From Octopus bimaculoides (taxonomy: Eukaryota), in assembly GCF_001194135.2 (NCBI RefSeq), contig NC_068986.1, positions 93,222,350-93,258,682 on the forward strand: 36,333 nucleotides of DNA, given 5' to 3'. The stretch's first letter is position 1. Each line of letters opens with the position of its first letter. Of the stretch, positions 35,330 to 36,333 are shown in pieces. The notes under the pieces are model-generated. The model was not told the origin of the DNA, made no database searches, and saw nothing but the letters and a program-made list of their open reading frames with translations. The translations under genes and the position numbers were made by a program.

Positions 35330-36180
35330 GCTGAATATGTGAGGTTCATGACTGATCTTTCTGATAAATTTGGAGGATTATAAAAGACAATGGGTGTTAT
35401 TGGATGCTCTCGTATCGTCGCTTGTCAATGGTTAATGCTGATCATTCGTTAGTCTTGTGGTCTGCAAAGCCTTTGCCCATGGATTTTTGTATTATTTTAA
35501 AGGGAGCCAATGCAGGTGTGTTGCCTTTTAAGGTTATTACTCTGCAAGGCTGAATGCCTTTTAGAGATGATTTCTAGGAGTCAATAATTTTCCAGGAAAA
35601 ATTTCTATCAGTGGCAACAATAAGATGATATTTCTAATTTCCAGTCAAGGGATATTAGAGATTGCCTGAGAATTTGGAATTTTTCAGTTAAACAAAATCT
35701 ACAGCTTTGTGTTCCTGATAAAGTATGGTTTGCTATTTTATTAATGATTATTTTAGATTACTGGTGGCTATGTCATTCTCTGGTCACTCAGCTTGCAAAT
35801 GAATTATGACAAGGAAGTAGAGTTTTGCCTGTTCCTTGATCTAAAAGAGTAGGCGTATTTACTGCTAAACATGTATAATTCCTTTTGATGCTGTCCAGAA
35901 GTGAAATGGTTGCTTGGTATACAAGAATGGGCATCCTTTTCCGAGAAATGGGTTGCATGAGACATGGCTCATTATTAGGTCAGCTGCGCTACTAAAAAAA
36001 TTCAAGGTAATTTTTTGTTAGGCAAACCATTCTGAAAATCTCATGGGCTTCAAGTTACCTGTGATCAGTATATAGCTTCTATTGAAAGGTGTATAGCCCC
36101 TTGGTTATTCGAACAATGTTATATCCATTTTTACATGGACCGCATTGTGTTTCTACAAAACCAAGATTCATTAAAGGATG
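35330..36180 (-). mobile_element. Decayed Penelope-like element (GIY-YIG endonuclease region and C-terminus)
   Basis: Minus strand across frameshifts: ILVYQATI...IKRNY, YSFRSRNRQNSTSLS*FICKL, SGTQSCRFCLTEKFQIL...LEISSYCCH**KFFLENY* (about 35718-35582), and IVFYNPPNLS. These fit the PLE pattern C.LCL.EK..I...SEI.S.CRH..KF.L. Confidence 0.55.
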
Positions 36181-36250
36181 TTTCAAGAAATATATATGTA
36201 CATTTCTATGTGTGTGTGTGTGTATATCTCTCTCTCTCTTTATATATATA

Positions 36251-36281
<31 letters not shown>

Positions 36282-36296
36282 CATCATCATCATCGA

Positions 36297-36333
<37 letters not shown>

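Noticed and set aside
34733-36333. Next TTBK exon (expected R-x-R-R-Y-like start)
   Set aside because: The candidate AG sites I checked (about 35596 and 35644) hit early stops, and most of the region is better explained as a minus-strand PLE remnant.

Overview
AT-rich, repeat-dense animal genomic DNA, most likely an octopus/coleoid (inferred from the SINE/LINE complement and microsatellite load; no database search was run). One host gene is visible on the + strand: a tau-tubulin kinase (TTBK, CK1 superfamily). It has three coding exons: 24956-25126 and 26455-26834 (C-terminal part of the kinase domain) and 32728-34728 (a 2001-bp, largely disordered tail exon). All have canonical AG/GT sites in compatible phases. 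The upstream kinase exons and the final exon were not found here. The rest is intronic or repeat sequence: tRNA-headed SINEs of at least three families, RTE, R4-type, CR1/L2-type and Penelope-like retroelement remnants, an internally deleted Gypsy element with two diverged LTRs, nested Tc1/mariner elements, minisatellites, microsatellites and small assembly gaps. The most interesting signals are: (i) a foldback element at 17.4-17.8 kb joining a tRNA-like Pol III head to a minimal hammerhead-ribozyme motif, intact antisense and core-mutated on the TTBK sense strand; (ii) a second foldback with perfect 74-bp arms around a degenerate hammerhead-like fold; (iii) a duplicated splice acceptor 93 nt upstream of a kinase exon that would add an in-frame stop; (iv) a splice donor that doubles as a stop codon inside a putative CEP164-binding motif.
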